Part shown: positions 19,114-29,535 of the stretch, piece by piece
How the letters are laid out: the number at the start of each line of letters is the position of its first letter
Position numbering within the stretch: the first letter of the stretch is position 1
IMG/VR virus record: IMGVR_UViG_3300046096_000411
Coordinates: 29,363 to 93,362 of that record
From: a virus
Length of the DNA stretch: 64,000 nt
Direction: 5' to 3' (one strand)
Notes under the pieces: generated by a model
What the model saw: only the letters and a program-made list of their open reading frames with translations
Database searches by the model: none
Told to the model about the DNA's origin: nothing
Position numbers and translations under genes: made by a program

Positions 19114-22100
19114 TCAGTTGGCAGAATAACGGCTTCGATCACGTGGCTTGACGATTTGCCAAACCCGTCCGCATCGCCGTCCTTGCCTTTTACAGACAGG
19201 ATCATAAGGCGAGTTCCAGGCGGGAGGATCATCTCATCCTCGCCGGAGTTTGAAGATAAAGCACCACCACCAGCAATCGAGTGGTACCCGACCCATAAAC
19301 CCTTCACGCCGGGGCCCACGTGTAGCTTCAGGTGCACGTTTCCACCCCAAGAAGACGGACGGATTGACGTGGACATGATCGCTGGCTCCTGAAGAATTTT
19401 CCCCGAGGACTTCAGCAGCTGATCAAGGTCACTGCCGTGCAGCGAAATCTTGCGCGACAGGACCGTGCCCGGTGCAATATCATGCCCCAGTGTTTTCAAA
19501 GCCTCGCCGGCAGCCTTTGCCGCGCCAGTCGGGTTGCCGCTCCACAGCGAGCCATTCATGGCGTGATACGAGCTGCCAGTGTAGCTCTTCACCGCCTGCT
19601 TTTGCGTGGCGGGCATTTTTGCAATCGCGGCTTGGGCCTGCTTGGCATAGGTCTGGGCGGAAAGCGCGCCGCCACCCTCTGCGTGCTTGATTTTTTCCGG
19701 CAGACCCAAATCCGCCAGATTTACCGACCCGGGCTCGCCGAGCACAATAAACTTGCCGAGCTTTTGCGCGACAGCGCTGGAAGCAGGACCAGTAAACGCG
19801 GGGTACGCAGCATTCAGCGAGTGCAGCGGGTGGCCGCCGTCAAACCTGAACTTCTTGGGCGGGTTTAGCTGGTAGTTGATCTCGTTGATGGCCTGCTGGG
19901 CGTAGCCCTTCACGTGCTGGCTGGGGTGCTCCAGCACAGGCTTGTGGCCAACAACCTGCCCGGAATCCTTGTCATAAACCGGCGCGGTCAGGCCTTTGAT
20001 GGCGTCCAAGTCGCCCGTCTTGGCGGCGGCGAAAACCGCCTGCACGGCTTCCTCGTTGGCTTTGTTGAGAAACTCCTTCGAGGAAGGGCCAGAGCTGCCG
20101 TTGCCGCCCCAGTTGAGAAAGGACGGCGGCGCGCTGATGTCTTCGGGTTTGAAGACCGGGGCCTTCTTCTTCTTGACGGCGGCAGGAAACCGCTTCGCCA
20201 GGTCGGCCTTGCGGGCAATAAGCGTCTCGGCCAACTTCGTCTTGGCTGCGGCATCGCCGGGTCCGTACTGGTTGACCATGGCGCGAATGGCCACGTCGCT
20301 GATGGCTAGCACCTTTGCCGCGCTGGCGGTCAGGTCGGCCTTGGTCATGCCCTTGAAGACAGACGCGGCCTGCGGGTTTTTGCCCGCGTCCAGCAGGGTG
20401 TCGAGCTCGTCCACCTTGGAGCCAAAAGGCTTCTTCTCGCCTTGGGCGCGGTATTCGAGCGAACCACCAGCATCCACGCGGTGGGCCTTGCCGTCGGGGC
20501 CAACCTGCAGGTTGTCGTAGCCGAGGCCGACCACGTCCCAGTTGCCCAGCCATGCATCAACCGCGAAACCGGCCTGCGCGCCATCAACCTTGGCAAGCGC
20601 GCCAGGAGTGGCGGCCTTTTTGATGTCCACCCACTTGGAGGCAATGCCGACCTTGCCACCCTTAGTGACAAGCACGGCGTCTTGGCTGGACAAGCCCGCG
20701 AGGGCGTACAGCTTGGCCGCGAGCACTTCGGACTTGGCGGTGTCGGCGTCGGCGGGGAATTTGCAGTACCACTCCTGGCCGGCGGGGTCTTTGAACTTGC
20801 CGCCGGGGTTGGAGCCGCCCTGCCCGCCGGTTTGAGCCCATCCGTCCATGGGGAGCATGCCGCCGGCGGCGGTTGGGGGCACCTGAGCTGCGGGAGCGGC
20901 GGCGGTTACGGGGGAGGGCCCGGTGCCATCGCTCCACGCAGAGGTGTCCACTCCCATGGCCTGCGCCACGGCTTTGATGTGGCTGGCAGTTTTGGGGAAG
21001 CTCATCGCGTGAGCCTTGGTGTAGGCGTTAGCCATGCCCACGCCGTCGCCTTTCTTGGCTGCGGCTGTGGCCAGCTTGCCTGCCCCGTTGTTTGAAAACT
21101 TAGACTGGCCTGGGCTGATCGTCTGGATGGCGGTACTGATGTCGATCAGGGTTGCCTTTTTGACCTTGGCCGGGGCGGCAGGCTTGTAAGTCGGGTCGAG
21201 CTTTTTCAGCGCGGCATCTGGCGGGATGGGGTATCCCATCGCCTTCATCTGGGGGAGAATTTCGGCGAGCGTTTCGCCCGGAATGGTGTCGGGCTCGGCG
21301 AACGAGTCATCCGTCACGCCAAATTCAAACCCGTCATCGCCGCCTCCGGCGAGGTAATAACCTTTCCCGTCTTTCTCAAATTCCAGCGATGGGCTGCCAT
21401 CGAGGCCGGGATTGGATGCCGAGTGGGTCCACCCACCCATGCCGTCATCCTGCTTGACCCAGTGCCCATTTTTGAACACCAGCATGCCGTCGGCGCCAGG
21501 CTTTGTGTCGCCTTCCTTGGGGCCGGGCTCCACGGCGGCTGGGGCTTCGTACTCGTGCTGAGCGGTACCGGAATAGTTGTAGCCCTTGGCCTTCTTCTCC
21601 CCCATGAGCTTGACGGCGGCATTTTTTGCGGCCTGCTCGGATGGAAATACCTTCTCGGTGACCTGCCCCTTGGTGCCGATTTTCCCGTAGTGCGTCTTCA
21701 TCACGGAGCCGAGCGTCGACACCGACCAGAACTTGCTGTGGCCGGGCTCCTTGTTTTCGTAGAGCGGGGCGTCGATTTTTAGTTTTTGCGCGGGGGTTGC
21801 AGGCGCAGCTGGGGCGGGCGCAGGGGAAGCCCGCTGAGGCTTCGTCCCAGCCAGCGCATGCCCCTGCAGCTCTTGCGCTTTCTGCTGAGCCGCCTCCAAA
21901 GCGTCATCGTAGTCTTCGTCCGTTTGCTTTTCTGCCGGCATACTCTCGTTCACGGCATCCATGAAGTATTCCATGGCGGCGTCCGGGTCGTGGTCCGTCA
22001 GCGCCTCGTAGGCATCGGCCTGCGCCTTGGTGGGGACTTTCCCAGCGGAGATTGCGGCCTTCCACTCGCTGACGACGGGGTATGGGTCGGCGGCTGGCGC

Positions 22101-23420
22101 GGGGGGTGTAGCAGTCTGCATCCCGATTGCCGCAGCATGGTGCGACAGGTCGTGCGACGCCAGTGCATCGTGCATTTCAGGCTCGCCGCCAGGATTTGCT
22201 GCCAGCCAGTCCTGAGCCGCGAGCTTGGCGGCGATAACCTTGTCGTAGGGTGACGACATTTTGTGCGCAGCCAGCGTGTGCGCGAGGTGGTCGTAGGCAG
22301 GCTTACCTTGGAGCGCAACCGGCGCAGGCTCCACAGGCACAGCCGCGGTCGCGCCATCCACACCCAGGCCGGCCAGCGCGGTCTGCGCGGTGAGAGCCTG
22401 CTTCTTGGCGTAGGTCTGCTTGGCGTCGGCCTTCGAGTTGATAAAGGCCTGCAGCCCGGCGGTGTCGCCAGCGAAGGCCATGGCCTCGATCTTCGCCATG
22501 GCGGCGTTGTGGCTCTTGGCGTTGGTGTTCTCGGGGGGCAGCTTCAGCTTGAACCATGGGATGGATTGCAGGTTCTGCAGCTGCTGGGCTGAGAGCGCAC
22601 CAGAGGCGGGCGGGGCCGATGCCGGAATCTCGGCTTCGGGAGCGGCGGGCGCGGCGGCCTGCGGAGCTGCCTGCTTTTTGGCCGTGCCCTTGGCAACAGC
22701 CTCGGCCAGCGTAGCGGCGGGGATAGTCGCGGAGTTTGTCTGGTTCGGCACCTTCGCGCCGACCTTGTGCATGTAGACATGCTGGCCGTCGGGGCTGGTG
22801 TTGTAGACCACCCACTTGCCGGCGTTCATCTTCTCGTACTGGCTGGAGAACTCGAAGACGGTGCCGGTTGCTACAGTTTCGGCAGATGCCGGAGTAATCG
22901 CGGCGGGCTCGGGCTCCTTCGGCGCCAGGTGCTCAGGCAACCCAGTCGGATGCGGGTCGGCGGGCTCAGCCACCTGGGCGGCGGCGTGGGTACCGGGTTT
23001 CTGGCCCGGGGTGACGGTGTGCGTAGAGCCGTGCAGGCCCAACAAGTGGTTGGCGATTTTCGCCAGCTTCGCGCCGTAGGTGTTCGTGCCAAAACCCGCA
23101 CCAACGATGGCCGTCACATCGCCCGCATCGGACCACGCGCGCAGCTTTTCCAGCGCCTTATTGAAAACGGGCGCGTTCACATTGGAGTCCGGCAGCTTCA
23201 GCGCGGACCATTGGTCGTCGGTAAAGTGCGCGGCGGCCTCGTGGTGCCCAGCGGATTTGGGGTGCGCAGCGACAGGTGCGCCCTTGGGGGCTGGTGCGTC
23301 TTGGGTGATCTTTCGCCACCGGGGAGGGTTGCCGTAAAGAGCGTACCCACCCTTATGGGCAATCGAGGTGCCGGTGCCGGGTCCGGATTTCAGCAGCAGG
23401 ATGAGACGCGGTGTGTTCAT
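19110..23420 (-). CDS. Polyvalent protein: WGR domain + HipA/PI3K-like kinase fold + VIP2/Alt-like ADP-ribosyltransferase
   Basis: KFWSV...YGKIG...KKAKGY (WGR); GSNPGG, WYCK, SEVLA, DAWLGNWD, DN, RVDAG (kinase); YTGSSY.AMN, R, MSTS, EDEMILPPGT (ART). Confidence 0.85.
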   Translation of the reverse strand: MNTPRLILLLKSGPGTGTSIAHKGGYALYGNPPRWRKITQDAPAPKGAPVAAHPKSAGHHEAAAHFTDDQWSALKLPDSNVNAPVFNKALEKLRAWSDAGDVTAIVGAGFGTNTYGAKLAKIANHLLGLHGSTHTVTPGQKPGTHAAAQVAEPADPHPTGLPEHLAPKEPEPAAITPASAETVATGTVFEFSSQYEKMNAGKWVVYNTSPDGQHVYMHKVGAKVPNQTNSATIPAATLAEAVAKGTAKKQAAPQAAAPAAPEAEIPASAPPASGALSAQQLQNLQSIPWFKLKLPPENTNAKSHNAAMAKIEAMAFAGDTAGLQAFINSKADAKQTYAKKQALTAQTALAGLGVDGATAAVPVEPAPVALQGKPAYDHLAHTLAAHKMSSPYDKVIAAKLAAQDWLAANPGGEPEMHDALASHDLSHHAAAIGMQTATPPAPAADPYPVVSEWKAAISAGKVPTKAQADAYEALTDHDPDAAMEYFMDAVNESMPAEKQTDEDYDDALEAAQQKAQELQGHALAGTKPQRASPAPAPAAPATPAQKLKIDAPLYENKEPGHSKFWSVSTLGSVMKTHYGKIGTKGQVTEKVFPSEQAAKNAAVKLMGEKKAKGYNYSGTAQHEYEAPAAVEPGPKEGDTKPGADGMLVFKNGHWVKQDDGMGGWTHSASNPGLDGSPSLEFEKDGKGYYLAGGGDDGFEFGVTDDSFAEPDTIPGETLAEILPQMKAMGYPIPPDAALKKLDPTYKPAAPAKVKKATLIDISTAIQTISPGQSKFSNNGAGKLATAAAKKGDGVGMANAYTKAHAMSFPKTASHIKAVAQAMGVDTSAWSDGTGPSPVTAAAPAAQVPPTAAGGMLPMDGWAQTGGQGGSNPGGKFKDPAGQEWYCKFPADADTAKSEVLAAKLYALAGLSSQDAVLVTKGGKVGIASKWVDIKKAATPGALAKVDGAQAGFAVDAWLGNWDVVGLGYDNLQVGPDGKAHRVDAGGSLEYRAQGEKKPFGSKVDELDTLLDAGKNPQAASVFKGMTKADLTASAAKVLAISDVAIRAMVNQYGPGDAAAKTKLAETLIARKADLAKRFPAAVKKKKAPVFKPEDISAPPSFLNWGGNGSSGPSSKEFLNKANEEAVQAVFAAAKTGDLDAIKGLTAPVYDKDSGQVVGHKPVLEHPSQHVKGYAQQAINEINYQLNPPKKFRFDGGHPLHSLNAAYPAFTGPASSAVAQKLGKFIVLGEPGSVNLADLGLPEKIKHAEGGGALSAQTYAKQAQAAIAKMPATQKQAVKSYTGSSYHAMNGSLWSGNPTGAAKAAGEALKTLGHDIAPGTVLSRKISLHGSDLDQLLKSSGKILQEPAIMSTSIRPSSWGGNVHLKLHVGPGVKGLWVGYHSIAGGGALSSNSGEDEMILPPGTRLMILSVKGKDGDADGFGKSSSHVIEAVILPTE

Positions 23421-23453
23421 CCGCGCATTTTGAAGTCACGACGCGCGGCAGCG

Positions 23454-23774
23454 TCACGCCACCGGCACGACCTTGCAGGTCTTCGCGCCGAACTGGACCT
23501 CCACGTCCACGGCGAAAACGCCAGACAGGCGGATCGGCGCGCGCTTGATGGACAGCGACTCGGCGTGCGTGAGCATGTCCACCGACCACTCGTACTCGGG
23601 CATTTTGCGCGCCAAGCGCTTCGCCATTTTCATAGCCATGCCCTCGGTGGGACGGATGGTGTAGATCATCCGGCGGCCGGGGTCTTGCGCGGGGAAGCCC
23701 GGGATGACAACCAGGATGGTCGGGTACTTCCGGGGCGGCTTCTTTTCCTTGGGCGGGGCGGCGGTTTCAGCCAT
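23454..23774 (-). CDS. Hypothetical protein
   Basis: RBS GGAGG before MAETAAPP. Confidence 0.55.
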   Translation of the reverse strand: MAETAAPPKEKKPPRKYPTILVVIPGFPAQDPGRRMIYTIRPTEGMAMKMAKRLARKMPEYEWSVDMLTHAESLSIKRAPIRLSGVFAVDVEVQFGAKTCKVVPVA

Positions 23775-23964
23775 GAAGCGCCTCCCGGAGCGCCCGCTGT
23801 GCGCCCTGGACGCGGACAGCCAGCCAGAAAGCCACGCCAGCCAAGGCAACGCGCAGGCAGGTCCAATGACTTAGGATCATCGGTCGGTCGCAGTCAGGTG
23901 CGGACGGGCCACCAGGAGCGCAGCCACACGCCCCGCAGTAGGTACAGGGCGAGCGGGGGCCACA

Positions 23965-24345
23965 TCAGACAACGCTCCCAGCGGCCAGCTTGCTGCGAAG
24001 CTCGTAGCCCATGAGGGGCCACACCTTGTTGATGGCGTTGGCGCGGGCAATCTTGCGGCCCACCTCGGCGTCGAAGTTTTCCGGGCTGGCGCAGGCGCTT
24101 TCACCAGTGACGGTGAAGCCGTTACGCAGCATCAGCACACAAAACGTCAGCAATCCGAGTGAGGACGGGATAGCGTTAAGTTCTTCGTCGCCTGAACCCT
24201 TCGGCAGAGTGGCAACAACTCCAGCCGCTGCGGTGAAATAGTGCTCGCTGACGATGTTCGCCTCGATGTCCGCAGGCGTCACGCGCGGGGCGGTCAACCC
24301 CTTAGCGACAATCTCGGCCTCAATGGCCTGATCGGCCGCGCTCAC
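23965..24345 (-). CDS. N4 gp49/Sf6 gp66 family protein (candidate Acb4-type nucleotide sponge)
   Basis: APRVTPADIE...LTFCVL.LRNGFTVTGESACASPENFDAEVGRKIA...VWPLMGY; GTG start. Confidence 0.8.
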   Translation of the reverse strand: MSAADQAIEAEIVAKGLTAPRVTPADIEANIVSEHYFTAAAGVVATLPKGSGDEELNAIPSSLGLLTFCVLMLRNGFTVTGESACASPENFDAEVGRKIARANAINKVWPLMGYELRSKLAAGSVV

Positions 24346-24725
24346 TGCACCACCTCGGGCGCCTTCACCATGCCAATCGACTCGCGGGCCTTGAGCACCT
24401 TGTCGGCGTCGGCCAGGCGGTTGATCATGTCCACAGCGGCAGGGTCGCCAGCAGCAGCGGCGGCCTCGACGGACTTGGACGCGCCAACCGTGTCGAACAC
24501 GAATGTGCACTTGTGCTGGGTGCCGCCAACGGGGAAGCTGGTGCCATCCCACACGACGAGCAGGTCTTCGACGTGCTGCTCAGCGGCGGCAGACACGCCC
24601 ATCAGCACCAGAGGCGGCAGGTCGGAGACGAACTCGCCGTCGCCCTTGTGAATGAAAAGCATGTTGCCGCCGGTGGGGCTGGCGACGACAAGGACGGCGT
24701 CCTTGGGAAGTGAAAACGAAAACAT
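24342..24725 (-). CDS. Hypothetical protein
   Basis: RBS AGGAG; late promoter motif upstream. Confidence 0.6.
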   Translation of the reverse strand: MFSFSLPKDAVLVVASPTGGNMLFIHKGDGEFVSDLPPLVLMGVSAAAEQHVEDLLVVWDGTSFPVGGTQHKCTFVFDTVGASKSVEAAAAAGDPAAVDMINRLADADKVLKARESIGMVKAPEVVQ

Positions 24726-24851
24726 GGCGGCTCCTGAAAAAATTGATGAGATCAACCGTCTTCTCACGACCGGCTGGTGGCAAAATGGTCGGCGTGGCAG
24801 CACTTCGACATACCGCCACGCCTATCAACCACCGCTAAAAAGGAGCGATGA

Positions 24852-25655
24852 GTGACTGCAAATAATTCTACAGTAAAAACATTTTACACCTACGCGCACT
24901 ACCGCGCGGACCAGCCGGAGCGCGGTCCGTTCTACATCGGCAAGGGCACGGGGCCACGGGCGTGGAAAACATCAGGCACGGGCAGATCAAAGTGGTGGCA
25001 GCGCATCGTTGCAAAGCACGGGCTCAAGGTCGAAATACTGGCTCCATGGCCAACGGAGGACGACGCATACAGCCACGAGCGGCTGATGATTGAGTGCTTC
25101 CGCGACCTCGGTGATCTGGTGAACCTGACATCCGGCGGCGACGGCCTACGCGACCCAGACGGGTCCATTCGGGCGCGCATCGGAAGCAAAATCCGGCGTC
25201 ACTGGGAAGACCCAGCAAGGCGCGCGCATTGGCTGGCCCAACGCAGCACACCCGAGGTTGTTGCGAAAAAGAGCAAGGCGCTGCGCGAGGCATTCGCCGC
25301 GCCTGGCAGCAAGGAGAAGCGCAGCGCGGCGGTAAAGGCATCGCACTCCAGGCCAGAAGTCCGGGAGCGCATCCTGAAGAACGCGGCAGACCCTGGATAC
25401 CGCGCCAAGCTCAGCGCTGGCGTGAAGGCGGCCCTCGCAAGACCGGAGGCCAAAAGCCGAAAGTCGGCAGCCAGCAAGGCCATGTGGAAAGACGAGAAGC
25501 ACCGCGAGCGATTCGCGGACCTGATGCGCCAGAAGGCCGAGGAACGGTGGGCAACGCTGCCGCCCGAAAAAGCCGCCAAGCTACGCCATGCGGCGGAGCT
25601 GGACCGCGCTCGCAAGGAGCGCAAGCGGTCAGAAAACGTCAACAGGATCGACTGA
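24852..25655 (+). CDS. GIY-YIG-like homing endonuclease with basic helical repeats
   Basis: FYTYAH...FYIGKG...R...E...LVNLTSGG. Confidence 0.8.
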   Translation: MTANNSTVKTFYTYAHYRADQPERGPFYIGKGTGPRAWKTSGTGRSKWWQRIVAKHGLKVEILAPWPTEDDAYSHERLMIECFRDLGDLVNLTSGGDGLRDPDGSIRARIGSKIRRHWEDPARRAHWLAQRSTPEVVAKKSKALREAFAAPGSKEKRSAAVKASHSRPEVRERILKNAADPGYRAKLSAGVKAALARPEAKSRKSAASKAMWKDEKHRERFADLMRQKAEERWATLPPEKAAKLRHAAELDRARKERKRSENVNRID

Positions 25656-27107
25656 TTGATTGGCGGCGATCTCGGCGCCCGCCTCGGACCCGATCCGCTG
25701 CTCACCATCGCGCGGGAACGTCTCGCGCGTCACCGCGTGCACAGCATGGACGCCCGTGAACATCTCCAACCGGCGCACGATGACATCGACGTACTTGGGG
25801 TCCAGCTCCATGAGGCGCGCGCGCATGCCGGCCTGGTGGGCGGCAACAGCGGTGGAGCCAGAGCCACCAAAGGCATCCAGAACCACGTCGCCGGGTCGCG
25901 CAGAGTTGCGGAGCTGGCGCAGCACCAGATTGGTCGGCTTCATGGTCGGGTGAAGATCGGACTTTGACGGGCGTGGCTCCTGGATCACGGAGCTTGGAGC
26001 GGACTCGACCGTGGCGTCACCGGACACGATGAACACCTCGTCGCCGATTACCACCTTCCAGCGCCCATCCTCCATTTTCTGGAACGGGCTACCCGAACCC
26101 ATCTCGGAGAACGTCGTCTGCTTGCGACCGCCGTACCAACGATGCGCAGCGCCCGGTTTCCAGCCGTAGAGCGCCGGCTCAGAAATTGGCTGATGATCCC
26201 AGCGCGACAGCACGAGCGAGTTCTTCTTCCACGACAACACGCTCTGGAGCTTAAAGCCCGCATCACGGAAAGCCGTCCTGAAGTTGATCCCTTCGCTGTC
26301 CGCATGGAAAACGTAGATGGCCGAGCCGGGCTTCATCTGGTCAAACACGGCGCGGTACATGGCCAGCAGGAAGTTGTAGAAATCCTTGTCACCCATCGAG
26401 TCATTCAGGATCGCGCCGGTCTTGTTTTTCCGGCCTTGGGACTTGGCGATCTGGTCGTTTTTCCCGCCGATATCAACGTTATAGGGCGGATCGGTCCAGA
26501 CCACATCGGCCAGCTCGCCAGCCATAAGCACGTCCCAATCCTTCGGCTCAAGCGACGAGCCGCACATGACGCGGTGCCCGGCGACCTCCCACACGTCACC
26601 CAGGCGCGAGTGCGGCACCACAGGAACATCCGGCACGGCATCGGGGTCGCCCCCGGCACCAGACGCATCAGGATCGACCATGCCCTCGAACAGCTTGGCC
26701 AGGTCTTCCTCGGCAAAGCCGGTGTACAGCTCGAGGTCGTAGCCAGCGGCACGCAGGTCGTCGGTTTCGAGTTTCAGAACGTCCAAGTCCCACGTGGCCA
26801 TCTCGGCCAGGCGGTTGTCGGAGATCACCAGCGCGCGGCGCTCGTCGTCGGCGAGGTGGGACAGGTCGATGCCGGGTACGCGGGACAGGCCCAGCTTTTT
26901 CGCGGCCATGATTCGGCCGTGACCGGCAAGGATGCCGCCATCAGCCACCAAGATGGGGGTGGTCCAGCCGACGCGCTGGATGGTGCCAGCGAGCGCCTCG
27001 ATTTGAGCCGGGCTGTGCTTGCGGGAATTTCGAGCGTAAGGCAGCAGCGCCTCGACCTCGAACATGCGAATCTCAGACGGCATCCGCACGCCTTCATCGG
27101 CCGCCAT
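25629..27107 (-). CDS. ParB-N domain fused to N6/N4 DNA methyltransferase
   Basis: PYARNSRKH, ILAGHGR, DNRLAE; TDPPY, HPTMKP, LDAFGGSGST. Confidence 0.93.
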   Translation of the reverse strand: MAADEGVRMPSEIRMFEVEALLPYARNSRKHSPAQIEALAGTIQRVGWTTPILVADGGILAGHGRIMAAKKLGLSRVPGIDLSHLADDERRALVISDNRLAEMATWDLDVLKLETDDLRAAGYDLELYTGFAEEDLAKLFEGMVDPDASGAGGDPDAVPDVPVVPHSRLGDVWEVAGHRVMCGSSLEPKDWDVLMAGELADVVWTDPPYNVDIGGKNDQIAKSQGRKNKTGAILNDSMGDKDFYNFLLAMYRAVFDQMKPGSAIYVFHADSEGINFRTAFRDAGFKLQSVLSWKKNSLVLSRWDHQPISEPALYGWKPGAAHRWYGGRKQTTFSEMGSGSPFQKMEDGRWKVVIGDEVFIVSGDATVESAPSSVIQEPRPSKSDLHPTMKPTNLVLRQLRNSARPGDVVLDAFGGSGSTAVAAHQAGMRARLMELDPKYVDVIVRRLEMFTGVHAVHAVTRETFPRDGEQRIGSEAGAEIAANQSVDPVDVF

Positions 27108-27712
27108 CAGAACTCACCGCCGTCGTCGGTACTGGGGGCAACGGCGGGCGCAGCAGCACCACGCTCGACCACCACGACGGTCTGGCCGTCACCGGCGCGC
27201 GCGTCGTGGTTGATGCCATACGCACGGCACTCGCCGACCTGCACCAGCGTCAGGGTCTCGGCGGTGATCTTCGCCAGCTTGGCGCGTTCGAAGCCGCCAG
27301 CGATGTCGCCCTTACCCGCCTGCTGCAGAGCCTCGTAGGCGACCTTTCGCGGAGCCGCCCATTCCTTGCGGTGGCGGTCCAGCACATCGGCGCGGACATC
27401 GGCGGCGAACTCCTGCGCAACTTCGCGCGAGGCCTCGGCGGCGGCGACTTCATCGGAGAGAGGTTTTCCTAATTCGGACATGCGAACCTTAAATTTATTG
27501 GCAAGCTCGCCAGCGCGAGCGGAAAGCCCGGCAGCAGCCCGGGTAGCGACGACCCACTTGCCCTCGGACTTCCACGAGCGCACCAGCTTCTGGTCCACGC
27601 CCACAGCGGCCGCAACGGTGTCGACGGTTGCGCCAGGCTGGCCCTCGAACAGAGCGCGGGCTGAGGCACGACGGGCGGCCATGTCCTCGACAAGTTTCTT
27701 TTTTACGGTCAT
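27107..27712 (-). CDS. Terminase small subunit candidate (N-terminal HTH)
   Basis: TVDTVAAAVGVDQKLVRSWKSEGKW HTH; late promoter; precedes the ParB-MTase. Confidence 0.6.
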   Translation of the reverse strand: MTVKKKLVEDMAARRASARALFEGQPGATVDTVAAAVGVDQKLVRSWKSEGKWVVATRAAAGLSARAGELANKFKVRMSELGKPLSDEVAAAEASREVAQEFAADVRADVLDRHRKEWAAPRKVAYEALQQAGKGDIAGGFERAKLAKITAETLTLVQVGECRAYGINHDARAGDGQTVVVVERGAAAPAVAPSTDDGGEF

Positions 27713-28208
27713 GGGCGAATCCTGCCATCACGACCGGACGGGCCCGCGTCGCGCCCTTGGGGCAGGCAGAGTGAGCGAAACCCACGCCCAGCAAGGCCGG
27801 GCGGGCACAGGCTCGGTGACTTGCAATCATTTCGACCGCGAGCGGCCAACAAAAAGGCCCAGCGGTGGGGCTGGGCCAGTGAGGGAGGAACAACGTCAGC
27901 GAGCAGAGCGACACCATCGCCAAGTGCCCCGACTGCGCCAAAGCCAGCGGACGCCCCACAAGGCAGCGTCCAGCAGCAGGAGCGCAACGACCCCACCGGA
28001 AATGAGCAACGGGCCCGCCAGCAGCGCAAACAGCCACGGGCCCTCGATGATGATTAGGTAGGCCAGCAGCGACAGCCACAGCGTGACGGCGTACAGGCAG
28101 GCAATCAGGACGTGCACCAGAGCGACTCCATCGGCGGCAACGGCCAAGGGTAGGGCGGCGTGCGGGAGCTGGCTCATGGGAAGGCGGGAAAAGCCGTGAC
28201 GGGCCGGG

Positions 28209-28442
28209 TCAACGCAGGGCCTCGCGCCAGCGGATGGGCCAGAGCACGGCGTACTCGAACGCCACGACGAGTAGCGAGACGGAAGCCACCATGGCAGCAA
28301 CCCAGAGCGGCAGGCCGGAGCGACGCGCCGCGTGAACGACGTGGTCGATTGATCGTTGGTGGCACAGCATCCGCGCCAAGGAGATACCCGACACGGAGCA
28401 GCCGGTAGCGACGTAGGCGAGAAGGAGGTCGGAGGCGGTCAT
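28209..28442 (-). CDS. Small membrane protein
   Basis: Two hydrophobic segments. Confidence 0.45.
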   Translation of the reverse strand: MTASDLLLAYVATGCSVSGISLARMLCHQRSIDHVVHAARRSGLPLWVAAMVASVSLLVVAFEYAVLWPIRWREALR

Positions 28443-28680
28443 GAGGCGGATTGTGACATCACGCCCAGGCGGTCATGGTTCCCGCAGCGCCCACAGGGCG
28501 GCCTTGCCAAGCGGGCCAGCGTGCACACTGGCGCACAGGTGCCATGCGGCCGCTGCCACGCGGGTGCGGCGGGGTGGCGAAAGTCCGTACTCCGACGCGG
28601 CGGGCAGCATCATGCGCTGGCCACGGCGGCGGCGGAACCACTCGCGGCCGTCGGGGGCCAGCCACGGGTCGGAGCGGTCA

Positions 28681-28941
28681 TTACACGGCACCCCGGGCAC
28701 GGATGGCGTCAACAATTGACGGGCCAGAGTCATCACATGGGGCAACAGCATCGCTGCAGTCTTGCGCCAGCTTCGCGCACGCCTCGCGCTCGGCGGCGGC
28801 CACCAAGGCGGCGAAGCGCTCCAGCTTTGCCGTGGAGTCGATGCCCAGCAACTCGTCAAGGCCGACGCGGGCCTGCTGTTTGCGGTCGTGAACCTCAAAC
28901 CCAGCCTCGCGCGCCAAGCGCAGCACGTCGTCGCGGGTCAT
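28681..28941 (-). CDS. Small phage protein
   Basis: MTRDDVLRLAREAGF...LERFAALVAAAEREACA pattern. Confidence 0.7.
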   Translation of the reverse strand: MTRDDVLRLAREAGFEVHDRKQQARVGLDELLGIDSTAKLERFAALVAAAEREACAKLAQDCSDAVAPCDDSGPSIVDAIRARGAV

Positions 28942-29535
28942 CGCGGCACCACAGCCCGCGCCCGCTTGGCATTGCGCGCAGCCCGGCGACGGGCGGCGGA
29001 CTCGATGCGGGCAAGGTCGTCCGCGACAGGGCGTGGGGCTGGTCGCGGCTGGGTAGGCCGGCCGGTGGCACCGAGCGCACCCGGCGAGGCCAGCACGCTC
29101 AACGCAGCCGCCAGGAACAGCGAAGCGCGACCGGACCTCACAGCCGCCCCCAGAAGTTTGACACCACCACCAGCGCGCCACCCAGCAACAGCGGAACCAG
29201 CGCGATCACGGCCAGAAAGCTAAACCCGGCGGGCTCGGGTACATCGGTGATTGACTCGGGCCGAACCTCGGGACGGTTCAGCAGCCAGCGCTCGCGGCGC
29301 AGACGCATGCGGAGTACCGGGCCCACGGGGTCGGGCCACGCGACCTCGGGCATGAACAGGTGGCAGGGCACGCGGTCACCCACCAGAGCAGGCGCATCGG
29401 GCTCCACGAGGTCGATGGGTAGGCCGTGGTGGCGCGCACGCGGCAAAGCGGGCGCCAAGCCCAGGCAAGCGCCAGAGCACTCGCCCTCGGGGTAGTTGCA
29501 GCCCGCTTGGGGGCACGGGCTCAGGGAAACGGACA

